Positions 38,222 to 49,467 are shown, counted from the stretch's first letter. The stretch is DNA of 64,000 bases from an uncultured Patescibacteria group bacterium (GCA_905478415.1 CAJQIG010000001.1:8818-72817), one strand, 5' to 3'. Program-made: numbers and translations. The notes: generated from the letters alone by a model not told the origin.

Positions 38222-39907
38222 TTATTTTTTCTTATCTAAGACAGCATGTAGATACTCTACAAAAATAGGATGTGGCTTGAGTGGCTGTGATTTATATTCA
38301 GGGTGTGCTTGTGTGGCAATAAAGAACGGATGAGTTTTTTTTGGTAGCTCAATCATTTCAACAAAAAAGTCATCAGGTGATGTCCCAGAAATAACAAATC
38401 CAGCTTTTTCAAGTTGCTCGCGGTAGGCGTTATTAAATTCAAATCGATGCCGGTGTCGCTCAGAAATAAGATTTTTAGATTCATCTTTAAATGCATGGTG
38501 TTTTTTGTAAATGCTATGAGCCAAAGTGCCAGGTTTCAATATACAATCATAGGCTCCCAGGCGCATGCTTGCACCTTCACCTTTAATAGTTTGATATTTA
38601 TCACTAAACGGAATATCGTGCACAATGGGATGCGGTGTATTAAGATCAACTTCTATGGTGTGGGCTTTTTCGAGACCAACAACATGGCGGGCAAACTCAA
38701 TACTGGCTAACTGCATGCCATAACAGAGGCCGAGGTAAGGAATTTTTTCTTCACGGGCATATTTAATGGCAGCAATTTTGCCTTCGACACCTCTTCCTCC
38801 CCAACCGATGGGGACAATAATACCATCAGCTCGGTGCAAGTCAGTGAGCGCTTGTTTTTTCTTTTTTTCTAGATCTTCAGCTTTGATAAAGACAATTTCA
38901 AGCTCAGTATCTTCATGCACAGAGGCGAAGTTTAACGATTCTAGGAGTGACACATAGGAATCTTTGAGTTCAAAGCTACCAGTTGAGAGGTATTTAGCAA
39001 TGATAACCACAGTAGCAGTATGTTTTTTTGGACTAGTAAGTTTCGTTACAAATGCATTCCACTCTGATAGATCAGCCTTTTTTTCTGGAAGATTGAGTTT
39101 TTTGAGTACTTTTGTGTCAAAACCCTGTTCGGCTAATACCGGTGGGACTTCATAAATACTACCTAAATCAGGATTAGAAATAATATCTTCTTTACTCATA
39201 TTTGAGTAGAAAGCAACCTTTTCTTTACGTTTTTCATCAATCATAAATTCACCACGACCAACTATGAAATCTGGCTGAATGCCCATTGATTGCAGTGCTC
39301 GGACAGAAAGTTGGGTTGGTTTTGATTTTAATTCATTGATGTGTGATGGACTGGGAAAGTAGGTAACATGAGCATGGACCGTATCTTCTGGATTTTCCAG
39401 GTTCATAATTCGGTAGGCTTCGTAGTAAATTTCGTTTTGGTACTCTCCTGCAGTGCCGCCGAGTTCGACTAAACAAATATCAAAACCCTCACCTGCTAGT
39501 TTAATTCGAGTGATTGCTTCTTGTGGAATATAGAGCCAAGCATCAACGGTTGCACCACCATACGCTAAATTTTTAGTTTTTTCGATAACTGTCGAATAAA
39601 TTTGCCCAAGGGTAGTGAAATTCTTTTTACCAACTTCTTGATCAAGAAATCGTTCGTATGAGCCAAGGTCTAAGTCTGCCTCAAGTCCATCTTCACATAA
39701 GAAAACATCCCCATGTTCAATAGGGTTGATATTACCAGAATCAAGGTTGAGATAATTTTCACACTTAATGTTGGTGACACTATAGCCACGATTCTTGAGG
39801 AGGAGACCGAGAGAAGCAGCAGTAATGCCTTTTCCCAGACCTGACAAAACGCCTCCAGAGACGAATACATACTTTGTTTTTGGGGGGTGGTTTCCATGTG
39901 TGCTCAT
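38222..39907 (-). CDS. pyrG: CTP synthase
   Basis: KYVFVSGGVLSGLGKGITAAS N-terminal synthetase motif and C-terminal GATase LGLCYGMQ; start taken at MSTHGN (the track ORF is 22 codons longer). Confidence 0.9.
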   Translation of the reverse strand: MSTHGNHPPKTKYVFVSGGVLSGLGKGITAASLGLLLKNRGYSVTNIKCENYLNLDSGNINPIEHGDVFLCEDGLEADLDLGSYERFLDQEVGKKNFTTLGQIYSTVIEKTKNLAYGGATVDAWLYIPQEAITRIKLAGEGFDICLVELGGTAGEYQNEIYYEAYRIMNLENPEDTVHAHVTYFPSPSHINELKSKPTQLSVRALQSMGIQPDFIVGRGEFMIDEKRKEKVAFYSNMSKEDIISNPDLGSIYEVPPVLAEQGFDTKVLKKLNLPEKKADLSEWNAFVTKLTSPKKHTATVVIIAKYLSTGSFELKDSYVSLLESLNFASVHEDTELEIVFIKAEDLEKKKKQALTDLHRADGIIVPIGWGGRGVEGKIAAIKYAREEKIPYLGLCYGMQLASIEFARHVVGLEKAHTIEVDLNTPHPIVHDIPFSDKYQTIKGEGASMRLGAYDCILKPGTLAHSIYKKHHAFKDESKNLISERHRHRFEFNNAYREQLEKAGFVISGTSPDDFFVEMIELPKKTHPFFIATQAHPEYKSQPLKPHPIFVEYLHAVLDKKK

Positions 39908-40097
39908 GGAAGTATATTGTAGCTGTTTGAAAGTATTTGTCAAAGGTGAAAACGAATATAATAAAAAATACAAGGATATTTTGATACTAAATATGGTAGT
40001 TTGAAAGTAATGGATGTACTAAATTTACCGAGTTTCAAAAGATAAATAGGTATAGTATGAATGAATTCTTCTTCTTTGTTATACTACCCAGGTCTGT

Positions 40098-41093
40098 ATG
40101 AAACGCATTGAACAAGCACCACAAATATTCAACCGCAGAGAATTCTTAAAAGGGTTAGGTCTAACTGCATCCTATCTGGCTACAGAAGCCCTTCTATTTC
40201 CTGTTTTTGTTGAAAAAGCACAGCATACCTTACATAAACATATTCCCATTTTGGTTACAGGATTAGCTCCATACTGGGACGAGACCGTGATTGTCCATAT
40301 GAGTGACATGCACCTAGCTGGTCGGGGTATTGATTTCTTTGATCCTGATTCTGCCTTAGAACTTTCAGCTTCCATTACTCAGAGTTTAAAGCAAATGGGA
40401 GCCGACCCAGATAAGACATTTATTTTTGATAGCGGTGATGTGGTCAGTAAAGGGGCGGGAGATGGACGGGAGTCTTCTATGATGGCGACAGCAGAAATGG
40501 CAGGGTACCTTCAACGTATACCCGCGGCTGGTAAATTTGTAACTGGAGGAAACCATGATTTAGCTCATTCGCAAGCTGACCAGCTTTGGAATATATTCAG
40601 TGACGCAGGATATCAGGTTTGTGGACTGCCCTCCCAAGGGGGTTCAAGTATTGGTAGTGGCACACTTCCCTTTCAAGTTATTGCTACACCTGATTTTACA
40701 GGGCATGCTTCCTGGTATAGATCTGCCGAAGGAAAACAGTTTTTACAACAAGTCCAGGCTCAAAAAACAAAACCAAGTATTTGGTTAACACATAATGCAT
40801 CCTTGTTCGATAGGGGAATACTAAATCCAGAACTGTTGCTTGAAGACACGCTGTCATTGTCAGGGCATACTCATGGAGGTCAAGTGGGTGCAAATACTCC
40901 TCTGCAACTTTTAGCTGGAAGAGTAGCACTAAGGCGTGTACATTACGATTCAGAGTACATTCATGGTCTTTATCCGGTTGGAAATTCAGGTCTAGTGCAT
41001 GTGAGTGCTGGTTTAGGACATGCGCATAGTCATGGAGTGAGGACAGCACAGCCAGAGGTAGTATTTTTTACACTTCACTCAAATTTCAGTTGA
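40098..41093 (+). CDS. calcineurin-like metallophosphoesterase with twin-arginine (Tat) signal
   Basis: RREFLKGLGLTAS Tat motif; GNHD and GHTHGG phosphoesterase motifs. Confidence 0.7.
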   Translation: MKRIEQAPQIFNRREFLKGLGLTASYLATEALLFPVFVEKAQHTLHKHIPILVTGLAPYWDETVIVHMSDMHLAGRGIDFFDPDSALELSASITQSLKQMGADPDKTFIFDSGDVVSKGAGDGRESSMMATAEMAGYLQRIPAAGKFVTGGNHDLAHSQADQLWNIFSDAGYQVCGLPSQGGSSIGSGTLPFQVIATPDFTGHASWYRSAEGKQFLQQVQAQKTKPSIWLTHNASLFDRGILNPELLLEDTLSLSGHTHGGQVGANTPLQLLAGRVALRRVHYDSEYIHGLYPVGNSGLVHVSAGLGHAHSHGVRTAQPEVVFFTLHSNFS

Positions 41094-44000
41094 GAAGTTT
41101 GGCAATTTCAATTTCAATATTCTTTGACCATTTAACCCCGTATGGTAAAAGTAGCTTTTGGGGAGTAGTCCCATTTGGGATTAAAATTAAAACACTTTCA
41201 TTGCCAGGGTACTGCTTAAGTAATGTTCCAAGCGTTTTTAGTGTTTCAGGAGAAGTTTTACGGGGAATAAAAATTTCTTTGTGGATTCCACTAGCCTCAT
41301 GAGTTAAGTCACTCATTTTTGGAGCAGATACTTTTTCAGCGAGAAGTTGTAACTCCTCGTCTCGATAATCAACTTTGGCTTTTATTAAAACCACTGTATC
41401 GGAAATAATTTTTTCTCTGTATTCTTCGTATGTTTTTGGAAAAAAGACTACATCTATAGAACCGGTAGCATCTTCAAGCTTTCCAAAAGCCATATCTTTT
41501 CCTGATTTTCTGGTTTGGACGATTCGTACATTTGAAAGTACGCCGCCGAACATAAAGGTGTTATTAGCATGCAGTGAGGCATCAAGATCATCAATTTCTT
41601 TAGAAACTCGACCTGAAATTGCTCTGAGTTGGGTGGCTAGTGGATGGTCAGTAAGGAAGAGCCCGAGCAATTCTTTTTCGAAAGAGAGGAGCTCTTGTTG
41701 CGGGTATTCTGCAATCTGAGGGAAGCTATCTTGTAGTTGGTTAGCTGAAGTTTCAATACCTCCAAACAAACTATCTTGTCCTTCAATATTAGAAACAAGT
41801 TTTGCAGCTGATTTTCGAATATTCTCTAAATTTTCAAGCATGCTGGAACGAGTTCCAAAGTCGTCCATAGCGCCGACTTTGATAAGAGATTCCAGAGTGG
41901 TCTTATTTACTTTTCTACCATCTGATTCGTGGATAAACTGTGTCAGAGAAGTAAACTCACCAATCTCTTTTTGCATTTCAAGAATATTTTCTATGGCCGC
42001 GGATCCAACGTTTTTAATAGCGTTAAAACCAAATCGAATTGCCCAGCCATTTTTAGACTTTTCATCTTTTTCTAGGGTAAAGTCATCTTTAGATTTGTTA
42101 ATATGAGGAGGGAGTACTCGAATTCCCATCTTCTTACAGTTCTCAATAGAAACTGCAATTTTAATATCGCGGTTCATTGAGGTAGAAGCTGATTCAATAC
42201 TCATTAGGGCAGTGATGTATTCTTCTGGATAGTTAGCCTTTAAATAGGCTGTTTGGTAGGCAACCATGGCATAGCTGGCAGCATGAGCTTTGTTAAAACC
42301 ATAATTTGCAAAGGCTTCAATAAAGCCCCAGACTTTTTGTGCAGTGGCACGTTCATACCCTTTTTTAACTGATTCCTCAATAAATATCTTTTTATTTTTA
42401 TCAAGGAGTTTTTTCTTTTTCTTACCAATAGCACGACGTAAAACATCAGCACCACCCAGCGTGTAGCCAGCCATGACATGGGCAATCGACATAATCTGCT
42501 CCTGGTAGACCATGATGCCATAGGTTTCTTTGAGGATTGGGATAAGAGATTCGTGAGGGTACTCAATACTATCTGGATTATGTTTACCTTCGATAAACTT
42601 TGGAATCAGGTCCATTGGGCCAGGGCGATATAGAGCTACCATAGCAGTAATATCTGAAAACTGGTTGGGTCGAAGCGTTCGAGCCACACGCCGCATACCG
42701 GCTGATTCTAGTTGGAATACACCCATGGTGTCTCCAGCCGTGAGGAGATCAAATGTTGGTTGGTCATCCAAAGGAATTTTTGAAATATCGATATCGATTT
42801 TCTTTTGTTTTTTTATCAGTCCAATTGCCATTTGGATAATTGAGAGATTGCGGAGTCCTAAAAAATCAAATTTTAAGAGCCCGATAGCATTATCATCAAC
42901 ATTACAGTCGAGTGCATACATATCAAACTGAGTAATAGTTTTTCCCGAGCGTGAATCTTTTTGGATAGCAACGTAGTCTGGCAAAGGTTTATCTGTAATA
43001 ATCACCGCGGCAGCATGGACTGAACTGTGGCGAATATTACCTTCAACTTTTTTGGCTAAATCGATAAGTTTTCTAAACTTAGGTTGCTGGTAATACGCAG
43101 CGAGCTCAGGAACTGTTTGCACAGCTTGTTCGAGTGAAACTTTTTTACCTGGTTCGTTAGGAATGAGTTTGGCAATCTTATCTGGATCTTCATAAGCCAT
43201 TCCGAGTACACGGCCAATATCTCTAATAGCTACACGGGCTTCCATTTTTCCGAAAGTAATCACATGAGCAACGTGATCGTGACCATACTTGTTGGCAACA
43301 TAATGAATAACTTCATCACGTCGTGTATCAGCAAAATCAAGATCAATATCGGGAGGAGTTGGACGTTCTGGATTTAAGAATCTCTCGAATGCTAAATCGT
43401 GGGCAATTGGGTCAATATCAGTGATGCCAATACAGTATGAAACTAGTGATCCAGCAGCTGAACCACGACCAGGACCAACCCCAATTCCCTGCTCTTTTGC
43501 CCAGTTAACAAAATCTTGGGTAATCAAGAAGTATGCGGCATACCCTTTAGTATTGATAATGTCGAGTTCATAGTCCATGCGTTTCGCAAGCTCTGGAGTG
43601 ATTTCTTTAAATTTTGTAGCTCCTCGCTCATATGACATTTTTTTGAGGAAGGTCTCGTACGTTTCACCTTTTGGAATTTCATATTTTGGAAAAATAAGAT
43701 TACCTGTCGAAATTTCAATATCACATTGATTTGCAATTTTAACGGTATTCTCAATAGCATCAGGAAACTCTTTGAAAAGCTCGACCATTTCATCAGTCGA
43801 GCGCATATAGAAATCTGGGCTGTTTAGCATACTCATCCGTTTTGTATCCTCGATCAGCTTGCGTGTTTGAACACAAATGAGTGCATCTTGGGCAACGGCA
43901 TCTGTTTCTTCAATGTAGTGGACGTCATTGGTAGCCACGAGTGGAATATCAAGTTCTCGGGCAAGTTTTACTTGTATGGGTGTGAGCTTATTTAGTTCAT

Positions 44001-44550
44001 CAATGTGTGGATGAGCTTGGATTTCAATGTAGAATCGATCTTTAAAAATAGTTTTATATTTGAGTAGTTTTTCTTTTGCTTCATCAATTTTTCCCTGCAA
44101 AATTAGCTTATTTACAATACTACCCATACAACCACTGGTCGCAATAATGTTTTTATTATACTTTTCTAGCAGTTCATCATCGACACGAGGTTTATATGAG
44201 AAACCTTCAAAGTTGGCAGCGCTCACTAATCGATTAATATTTTGATACCCTTCATAGTTCATGGCTAGTAAGGTCATGTGAGCTTGGTCTTGTCCCATTT
44301 TAGTTTGTTTATCAAATCGAGAGTTTCTTGCAACATATATTTCACACCCAATAATTGGCTTAATGCCGGCTGCTTTGCAAGCATTATAAAAATGAAGCGA
44401 CCCATACATTGCTCCATGATCCGTAAGACCAATGGCTGTTTGTCCGAGTGACTGAACTTTTTCAACGAGAGGTGGAATTTTACAGAGTCCATCTAAAAGA
44501 GAATACTGCGAATGTACGTGAAGGTGGACGAAGTCTGATTTTTTGGCCAT
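41086..44550 (-). CDS. dnaE: DNA polymerase III alpha subunit
   Basis: PHP domain FVHLHVHSQYSLLDG; 1154 aa with polymerase core motifs. Confidence 0.9.
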   Translation of the reverse strand: MAKKSDFVHLHVHSQYSLLDGLCKIPPLVEKVQSLGQTAIGLTDHGAMYGSLHFYNACKAAGIKPIIGCEIYVARNSRFDKQTKMGQDQAHMTLLAMNYEGYQNINRLVSAANFEGFSYKPRVDDELLEKYNKNIIATSGCMGSIVNKLILQGKIDEAKEKLLKYKTIFKDRFYIEIQAHPHIDELNKLTPIQVKLARELDIPLVATNDVHYIEETDAVAQDALICVQTRKLIEDTKRMSMLNSPDFYMRSTDEMVELFKEFPDAIENTVKIANQCDIEISTGNLIFPKYEIPKGETYETFLKKMSYERGATKFKEITPELAKRMDYELDIINTKGYAAYFLITQDFVNWAKEQGIGVGPGRGSAAGSLVSYCIGITDIDPIAHDLAFERFLNPERPTPPDIDLDFADTRRDEVIHYVANKYGHDHVAHVITFGKMEARVAIRDIGRVLGMAYEDPDKIAKLIPNEPGKKVSLEQAVQTVPELAAYYQQPKFRKLIDLAKKVEGNIRHSSVHAAAVIITDKPLPDYVAIQKDSRSGKTITQFDMYALDCNVDDNAIGLLKFDFLGLRNLSIIQMAIGLIKKQKKIDIDISKIPLDDQPTFDLLTAGDTMGVFQLESAGMRRVARTLRPNQFSDITAMVALYRPGPMDLIPKFIEGKHNPDSIEYPHESLIPILKETYGIMVYQEQIMSIAHVMAGYTLGGADVLRRAIGKKKKKLLDKNKKIFIEESVKKGYERATAQKVWGFIEAFANYGFNKAHAASYAMVAYQTAYLKANYPEEYITALMSIESASTSMNRDIKIAVSIENCKKMGIRVLPPHINKSKDDFTLEKDEKSKNGWAIRFGFNAIKNVGSAAIENILEMQKEIGEFTSLTQFIHESDGRKVNKTTLESLIKVGAMDDFGTRSSMLENLENIRKSAAKLVSNIEGQDSLFGGIETSANQLQDSFPQIAEYPQQELLSFEKELLGLFLTDHPLATQLRAISGRVSKEIDDLDASLHANNTFMFGGVLSNVRIVQTRKSGKDMAFGKLEDATGSIDVVFFPKTYEEYREKIISDTVVLIKAKVDYRDEELQLLAEKVSAPKMSDLTHEASGIHKEIFIPRKTSPETLKTLGTLLKQYPGNESVLILIPNGTTPQKLLLPYGVKWSKNIEIEIAKLLN

Positions 44551-44616
44551 GAGTTTTTTACTTTTGGAAGGTAGTTACTGTACCTTTTATACCATGAATA
44601 TTGGGAGTTAGAAAGT

Positions 44617-45372
44617 TTACTCTCCCTTTGTTACTGCGTCTTTATATGTAGCAATGCGATCTTCTGTTAACCACCCAAGTCCACCTTCAGGTCTAGGTGT
44701 ACTCCATGCCTCTGTGATACTTAGTTTTTCTGAGGATGTGACCATATGGAGTAGTAGTGCACTGGTTAGAGGTACGAAGAAATCATCCTTTTCTTTTAAG
44801 ATGGCATGTTCTTTGAGAGCATATAAAAAATATTGAGACAAAAAGTGTGAAACTATGAAGTGGGTTGCCACCTCTGGTTTTATATCTTTTTTAAATTGAG
44901 TGTGTCCCCAAATAACACTGTCTGAAGCAGGATCTCCATCCATGGGGGTTCCGCCACGTTCAAACATTTTATGCCCATTACTCATTAATGTTGCTAGTTG
45001 TTGTAAAGCTTGATCTAAGTTCAAAGTGTCTGCACTAAAAGCTTGGTGTGCTAGATCACTCAAAATCTCATCTGAGCTCTCTATCGCATGTAGAAATTCT
45101 TCCATTGAGATATGTGAAGCACTGTTTTTCTTGATATTTCTTTCTTGTCTGAGCCTATCTGCTGCAGTTATGATTTGGACATGACTTTCTTCTAAGTTAT
45201 CGATATGTGATAACAACATAAGATATTCTTCTAGAATATCAATAAATAGACTAGGGTTTTCATTCAGCCATGTGAGAGCTTCAGTAATTTCTGGAACAAT
45301 ACTCAAAGCTTCACTAAGCTTTTCAGTATAGATAGCAATAGTGGCAGGTGTCAGACGTGTCTCAATTTTCAT
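44617..45372 (-). CDS. hypothetical protein
   Basis: ORF only. Confidence 0.3.
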   Translation of the reverse strand: MKIETRLTPATIAIYTEKLSEALSIVPEITEALTWLNENPSLFIDILEEYLMLLSHIDNLEESHVQIITAADRLRQERNIKKNSASHISMEEFLHAIESSDEILSDLAHQAFSADTLNLDQALQQLATLMSNGHKMFERGGTPMDGDPASDSVIWGHTQFKKDIKPEVATHFIVSHFLSQYFLYALKEHAILKEKDDFFVPLTSALLLHMVTSSEKLSITEAWSTPRPEGGLGWLTEDRIATYKDAVTKGE

Positions 45373-45377
45373 ATGTA

Positions 45378-46706
45378 CTACTTAGAAAGTTCAGCAACTA
45401 GTGTTTCTCTGAGAAGTTGAGCATCAATTTTTTTACCGATAGCTCTCATTACTTGGCCAATGAAGAAACCAATAACTTTTTTATCTCCAGCCTTAAATTT
45501 TTGAACAGCATCTTGGTTTTCCTTCATAGTAGCTTGAATCGCTAGTACAAGCTTTTTTGTATCAACATTGTCAGTAGTAGAAATATCTGCAATTTTTTTG
45601 ATGATGGCTGAAGGTTTTTCGCCAACTTCGAATGAAATCTTTTTATTTACGATAGCTTTGGCACTATCATTTGGAGTGTCTGCTTGTTTGAAGATACTCT
45701 CAATCCACTCTGCTGCTGTTCGGTTTTCAGATAACATTTTTGCGTATCGCTCTTCAATCTTATACTCTTTTATCCAGCGAGAAGTTTTTGCTTCTGGAAG
45801 TTCTGGAATATCACTGCGAAGAGTTTCAATTTGATCTTGAGTAAACCTGATTGGTGGAAGATCGGGATCTGGAAAGTATCGATAGTCTTCGGCATCTTCT
45901 TTTGTGCGTTGTGAAAATGTTTCACCCTTATTTGGATTCCAACCACGAGTTTCCTGAATAGGAGTAGTTCCCTTTTCTAGAAGTGCTTCATGTCGTTCCA
46001 TTTCAAACGTTATTGCCTGTTCGACAAACTTAAATGAGTTAATATTTTTAACCTCAACTTTATAGTCAGGTAGTTTGGTTGATCCTGCAGGAGCAATTGA
46101 AATATTTGCTTCTAGGCGCATGCCACCCTGATCCATGTCGCAGTCAGAAATATCTAGATAGCGCATGATCTGACGCAACTTGCGTCCATATTCTTTAGCC
46201 TGTGTTGGAGACTTGATGTCTGGTTCGGTAACAATTTCGATGAGTGGGACACTACTTCGATTGTAGTCTACTAAGCTGACTTTCTTGCCATCTACTGTTT
46301 TATGTTGAAGTTTGCCGGTGTCTTCTTCTAGGTGAATTCGGGTAATCCGAATTGGTCCTTCTGATGTCTCTACAACTCCTTCATAGCAAAAAGGAATGTC
46401 GTACTGACTAATCTGATAGGCTTTTGGAAGATCGGGGTAGAAGTAGTTTTTTCGATCAAACTTTGAAAACAAATTGATCTTACACCCTAAGGCCAGTCCA
46501 AGTTTAATGGTCCACTCAATCGCAGTTTTATTTGCAACTGGCAGGCCTCCAGGCATACCTAAACAAGTAGGACACGTGTAGATGTTTGGTTTTGGAGCTC
46601 CGAAGGGATCATTTTTACAACCACAAAACATTTTTGATTTTGTTTTCAGTTCGGCATGAACTTCCATGCCGCAGACGAGTGAATATTTTTCTGAAGATGT
46701 GTTCAT
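45378..46706 (-). CDS. gatB: Asp-tRNA(Asn)/Glu-tRNA(Gln) amidotransferase subunit B
   Basis: YSLVCGMEVHAELKT...CGC N-terminus typical of GatB; start taken at MNTSSEK to give an ATGA-type overlap with gatA. Confidence 0.9.
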   Translation of the reverse strand: MNTSSEKYSLVCGMEVHAELKTKSKMFCGCKNDPFGAPKPNIYTCPTCLGMPGGLPVANKTAIEWTIKLGLALGCKINLFSKFDRKNYFYPDLPKAYQISQYDIPFCYEGVVETSEGPIRITRIHLEEDTGKLQHKTVDGKKVSLVDYNRSSVPLIEIVTEPDIKSPTQAKEYGRKLRQIMRYLDISDCDMDQGGMRLEANISIAPAGSTKLPDYKVEVKNINSFKFVEQAITFEMERHEALLEKGTTPIQETRGWNPNKGETFSQRTKEDAEDYRYFPDPDLPPIRFTQDQIETLRSDIPELPEAKTSRWIKEYKIEERYAKMLSENRTAAEWIESIFKQADTPNDSAKAIVNKKISFEVGEKPSAIIKKIADISTTDNVDTKKLVLAIQATMKENQDAVQKFKAGDKKVIGFFIGQVMRAIGKKIDAQLLRETLVAELSK

Positions 46707-46708
46707 AG

Positions 46709-48085
46709 TTACTTTCTGTTTCTCCAAGTGTTCCACGGAGTGGCTTTTTCGAAAGCATCGGCTACTTTAATAACTGTTTCTTCTTGCCACATAGGTGCAA
46801 CAATGTTTAATCCTAGAAAAAGGTTAGTCTTTTTATCCTGGTAACAAGGCACACTGATGCCTGGAAGGCCACTGATAGAGCTTGGTTCTAGGAGCATATC
46901 TTCGAGCTCACCGAACATGGCAGCACCTTCAGTGGCGCCAATTTTTTTAGCAAATCCTGGTGAAGTTAGCGATACAAGCACATCATACTTCTCAAAGAGT
47001 TTTTCGAAGTCTTCAATGTAGAGGGTTCTGACTTTTTGAGCGGTGTTGTAGTATTGGTCCGCATAGCCTTTGCTCAGCGTATATGTGCCAAGCATGATCC
47101 GACGTTTGGCTTCAGGACCAAAGAATGATCTATCCTTTCCATATCTGATTCCATCGTATCGACCAAGATTACTACTAACTTCTCCTCGTTGGACAACAGT
47201 ATAGACACTGACTGAGTATGAGGGATCAAGAGCAGTAACTTTTTCGACAGTAGCTCCTAATGTTTCAAAAACTTTCAGTTCTTTTTCGAGTAAAGCATTC
47301 GATGTTTCTATTCCAGGAATATCATGATAAATATAACCAATTTTCATGCCTTTAATTGAGGTTCCAATAGCTTTTGTGAAGTCAGGCACAGTTTTCTCAC
47401 TAGTAGTACTATCGTACTTGTCTTTCCCAGCAATATGAGTGAGGAGTAAGGCTGCGTCCTCGACCGTTTTTGTCATTGGACCAGGACTATCTGTCGAAGA
47501 CGCCATGGATACAACGCCGTATCGGCTACACCGGCCATAGGTTGGTTTGAGTCCAACAATGCCACACCAAGCAGCAGGCTGACGGATGGATCCAGCAGTT
47601 TCTGTGCCGAGTGCGGCGAGAGCCATATCGGCGGCAACAGCAGCGGCGCTCCCACCACTAGAACCCCCTGGCAAGTGATCAATATTACGAGGATTGAGTG
47701 TGCGTCCGTATTGTGATGTTTCAGTCGAAGATCCATGTGCCCAGGCATCAAGATTTGTTTTTCCCAGTATAGTACCGCCAGCTTTTTTTAGGTTCTCAAT
47801 AATGGTGGCGTCATACGGAGGAATAAAAGTATCTAGGACGGTTGAGGACGCAGTTGTCCGTAGCCCTTTAGTGCAGTAGTTATCTTTGACTGCGATAGGA
47901 AGGCCTTTGAGAGGTCTATTCTCCATTTTTGAATCTGTTTGTCGCTCAGCAACCGTTAAGTAAATGTTGAGCTTGTCATTTTTTTCGGCAATACTTTTGT
48001 GAATATCTGCTGCTATTTTTTCGACTGTAGTTTCTTTTTTTTCAAGTAACTCAAGGGCTTCGGTAAGGGTTTTTGTATTGAGCAT
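46709..48085 (-). CDS. gatA: Asp-tRNA(Asn)/Glu-tRNA(Gln) amidotransferase subunit A
   Basis: Amidase signature GGSSGGSAAAVAA. Confidence 0.9.
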   Translation of the reverse strand: MLNTKTLTEALELLEKKETTVEKIAADIHKSIAEKNDKLNIYLTVAERQTDSKMENRPLKGLPIAVKDNYCTKGLRTTASSTVLDTFIPPYDATIIENLKKAGGTILGKTNLDAWAHGSSTETSQYGRTLNPRNIDHLPGGSSGGSAAAVAADMALAALGTETAGSIRQPAAWCGIVGLKPTYGRCSRYGVVSMASSTDSPGPMTKTVEDAALLLTHIAGKDKYDSTTSEKTVPDFTKAIGTSIKGMKIGYIYHDIPGIETSNALLEKELKVFETLGATVEKVTALDPSYSVSVYTVVQRGEVSSNLGRYDGIRYGKDRSFFGPEAKRRIMLGTYTLSKGYADQYYNTAQKVRTLYIEDFEKLFEKYDVLVSLTSPGFAKKIGATEGAAMFGELEDMLLEPSSISGLPGISVPCYQDKKTNLFLGLNIVAPMWQEETVIKVADAFEKATPWNTWRNRK

Positions 48086-48086
48086 C

Positions 48087-48404
48087 TCAGTCCTGATCTA
48101 TGATTCTTGGTACGACGATATAACCTTCATGAGTTTGTGGAGCATTCGCAAGTGCTTCAGTTTGTGAAAGCATGTGATCAGTGTCGACAACATCTTCACG
48201 CAGTACATTTTCAAGGCCCGTGACTTGGTGTGTCAGGGCAGTTTTTGAAGTATCGACTGATTGTAAATTGGCAATGACTTCAAGTGTTTCAGAAAAAGCT
48301 TCAGTTAGTTCTGCAGCTTCAGTTTCAGAAATAGGAATATTTGCTAAATCAGCAACGTGTTTAACTTGTGTAGTTGTGATACTCATAAGGTGCCTTTCTG
48401 ACAA
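48087..48404 (-). CDS. gatC: Asp-tRNA(Asn)/Glu-tRNA(Gln) amidotransferase subunit C
   Basis: About 100-aa GatC-like protein immediately upstream of gatA in a gatCAB arrangement. Confidence 0.8.
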   Translation of the reverse strand: MSERHLMSITTTQVKHVADLANIPISETEAAELTEAFSETLEVIANLQSVDTSKTALTHQVTGLENVLREDVVDTDHMLSQTEALANAPQTHEGYIVVPRIIDQD

Positions 48405-48545
48405 AAAAACGAGTCCGGGGGACTCGTTACAGCTACAAGCAACCGCCCCAGGATTGGGTTTAGTTTTGTTGCTCGTCTTGTTGAAGGTGTAGTTTCATGT
48501 ACATGAGATATAATACCACAGAGATTCCCCATTGTGAATTTGAGA

Positions 48546-49445
48546 TCAAGTCATGCTTTTGAGTGCTGCAATTCTCTCTTCGACAGGAGGATGTGTTTGA
48601 AAGAACTTAGCAAAAGAAACTTTGGTATTTTTAAGTGGATTCGTTATGTAGAGATGAGCGGTGGCTTTATTTGCTGCTTCGAGTGGTTCTCGGTCCTGAG
48701 ATAGTTTTTGGAGAGCGTTGGCGAGGCCTTGAGGATTTTTTGTCATGGCAACTCCAGAAGCATCAGCTAAAAACTCACGTCTTCTCGAAATAGCTAACTG
48801 AATAAGCTGGGCGATAAGTGGTGACAGGATAGCCATGACTAGACCAACAACAAGTAAGATAATTTGTAGCTGCCCTCCTCCACTATCGTTATTTCTATTC
48901 TTTCGACCATACAAGGTTGAACGTAGCATGACGTCAGAAAGTAAGGCCAGTAGTCCAACCAAGACACTGACGATAGACATCAGTCGAATATCATAATTTT
49001 TTATGTGAGAAAGTTCGTGGGCAATGACTCCCTCGAGTTCGGGTCGCTCTAGTCGAGAAAGTATGCCGGTAGTACAACAAATAACAGCATGGGCTGGATC
49101 GCGACCAGTTGCAAAGGCATTCATGGCTGTATCTTCGATCACATAGAGTTTTGGTTTTGGAAGTTGTTGGCTCTGGGCAAGGTTTTCTGCCACGGTGTAA
49201 AAATCAAAGAACTCTTCTCTGTTAGCCTCACGTGCTCCAGAAATAGTGAGTACAAGTTTATCTGACCACCAGTAAGAAGAAAACGACATGACACCTGAAA
49301 AAATAAGTATGAGTCCAACAAAGTCGAGTCCGTACCCAAAACCTTCGGCCATAATCCAACTAGCTGCGCCCACAAAAAGGGTAAAGAATAGAATGACGAA
49401 GAATGATCGGCGCTTATTTTGAGCTACCAACTGGTAGTGTGTCAT
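48546..49445 (-). CDS. htpX: M48 family zinc metalloprotease HtpX
   Basis: HELSHIKNYD (HExxH), N-terminal TM helices, 299 aa. Confidence 0.85.
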   Translation of the reverse strand: MTHYQLVAQNKRRSFFVILFFTLFVGAASWIMAEGFGYGLDFVGLILIFSGVMSFSSYWWSDKLVLTISGAREANREEFFDFYTVAENLAQSQQLPKPKLYVIEDTAMNAFATGRDPAHAVICCTTGILSRLERPELEGVIAHELSHIKNYDIRLMSIVSVLVGLLALLSDVMLRSTLYGRKNRNNDSGGGQLQIILLVVGLVMAILSPLIAQLIQLAISRRREFLADASGVAMTKNPQGLANALQKLSQDREPLEAANKATAHLYITNPLKNTKVSFAKFFQTHPPVEERIAALKSMT

Positions 49446-49467
49446 ATGTTTTAGAAGTGACTTTTTA

